A stretch of DNA of 62,352 nt, the filler included, from Circinaria calcarea (taxonomy: Eukaryota): the NCBI GenBank assembly GCA_051942165.1. It is 24 parts of 24 records of this genome, joined end to end, with 100 filler letters (N's around TTAATTAATTAA, not from the genome) between each part and the next. Parts side by side here need not be neighbours in the genome. Positions count along the whole stretch, not along the records: positions 59,867 to 62,352 come from JAVECS010003496.1; 23 more parts are not named here. One strand, written 5' to 3'. The notes below the pieces were generated by a model that saw nothing but the letters and a program-made list of their open reading frames with translations, had not been told where the DNA came from and did not search any database. The translations under genes and the position numbers were made by a program. Shown here piece by piece: positions 61,632 through 62,352 of the stretch. The number at the start of each line of letters is the position of its first letter. The first letter of the stretch is position 1.

Positions 61632-62352
61632 TCATTCGACATCCTTCGTCGTAGTCTCGTATCTACTACCGTGTTAGCAAACCACCCCGTCAAATCATCC
61701 AGGAAGAAAAGTAGAACATACCTCTTCCCCCTAAACGCCCAGATCCCCCAGTTGCCACACGTGATATCCGACGGATCCAGATCATTCAAATCCCATCTCA
61801 GACTCCTAAACCTGTTCTCGCCCGGCTCCATGAGCATATCCACTTCCCCGCTCGCCTTCTCCTCCACCCATTGCCGATCCCGCTGCATATCCCACTCCGT
61901 ATATCCGGTGCAGATGATTGGGACTTTCGTCTCCAGCAACTGCGGCAGAGTGTCTTCCCACTCGTGCGAGCTAGCAGGATGGCCCAAGCCGGGGTGGAAG
62001 AGCACGAAGCAGTCAAAGTACGGGTCGTACGGGTAGAAGTGGCCGGCTTGGTGTAAGGTATGGTAATACTCCACGTAGGTACTTATCTTCATTTGGTGGC
62101 TTATTCGGCTTTCCACGATGGCGCCAAAGGGGTTCCCCGGCGTGCGCTCTGGAAGGGGGAATTCGGAGTCGCGGTTGGCCATACTTTCGGGGCCGATGAA
62201 GATGAGGTGGAAGGAGGCGCGGGAGAACATGTGGGAGAGTTGGACCCAGACTTCGCGAGGGAGGGAAGATTCGGCACGTGCTCCGAGGATGAAGATACGG
62301 ACGGGGGGTGGGTTAGGGCGGAGGCCTTTGATGTCAAGGCCTGCGCCTGAGC
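61632..62352 (-). CDS. MSS51: Mitochondrial COX1 translational activator Mss51, C-terminal part; intron 61663-61721
   Basis: VRIFILGARAESSLPREVW...HLIFIGPE...YDPYFDCFVLFHPGLGHP...LLETKVPIICTGY...GENRFRSLRWDLND...NWGIWAFRGKR|YET. Confidence 0.92.

Overview
This is not a contiguous genomic region. It is 24 short contigs (2519 down to 2486 bp, strictly size-sorted) joined by 23 artificial 100-bp linkers (44 N + TTAATTAATTAA + 44 N), so gene neighbourhood only means something inside a contig. The content is nuclear DNA of a filamentous ascomycete (Pezizomycotina), shown by short GT-AG introns with CTRAC branch points and conserved fungal genes. Those genes are mostly partial: OLE1, YJU2B/CCDC130, an HbxA/Htf1-like homeobox factor, a HAL-family kinase, REX3, a DUF676 lipase, ASA1, XKS1, MMT2-like, Fta1/CENP-L, a Btz-domain protein, an SH3BGR-like protein, a GMC oxidoreductase, AGX1 and MSS51. 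Accessory material includes ankyrin and ankyrin-ZZ proteins, F-box-like orphans, an ISG12/IFI27-like protein, and an esterase + MFS pair suggestive of a secondary-metabolite cluster. The best-supported unannotated structure is one hAT-type DNA transposon family seen twice. One copy is a 513-bp MITE with a perfect 8-bp TSD. The other is a 1042-bp deletion derivative with a BED-finger remnant, inserted in a 16-bp minisatellite and showing one-sided RIP-like mutation. Also notable are a near-perfect 49-bp-arm inverted repeat, a dispersed repeat carrying a variable tandem array, and an orphan ORF that may have an EVE/PUA-like fold. No rRNA, tRNA or CRISPR array was recognised. Several contig ends look like low-quality read sequence. 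All family assignments come from motif recognition, not database searches.
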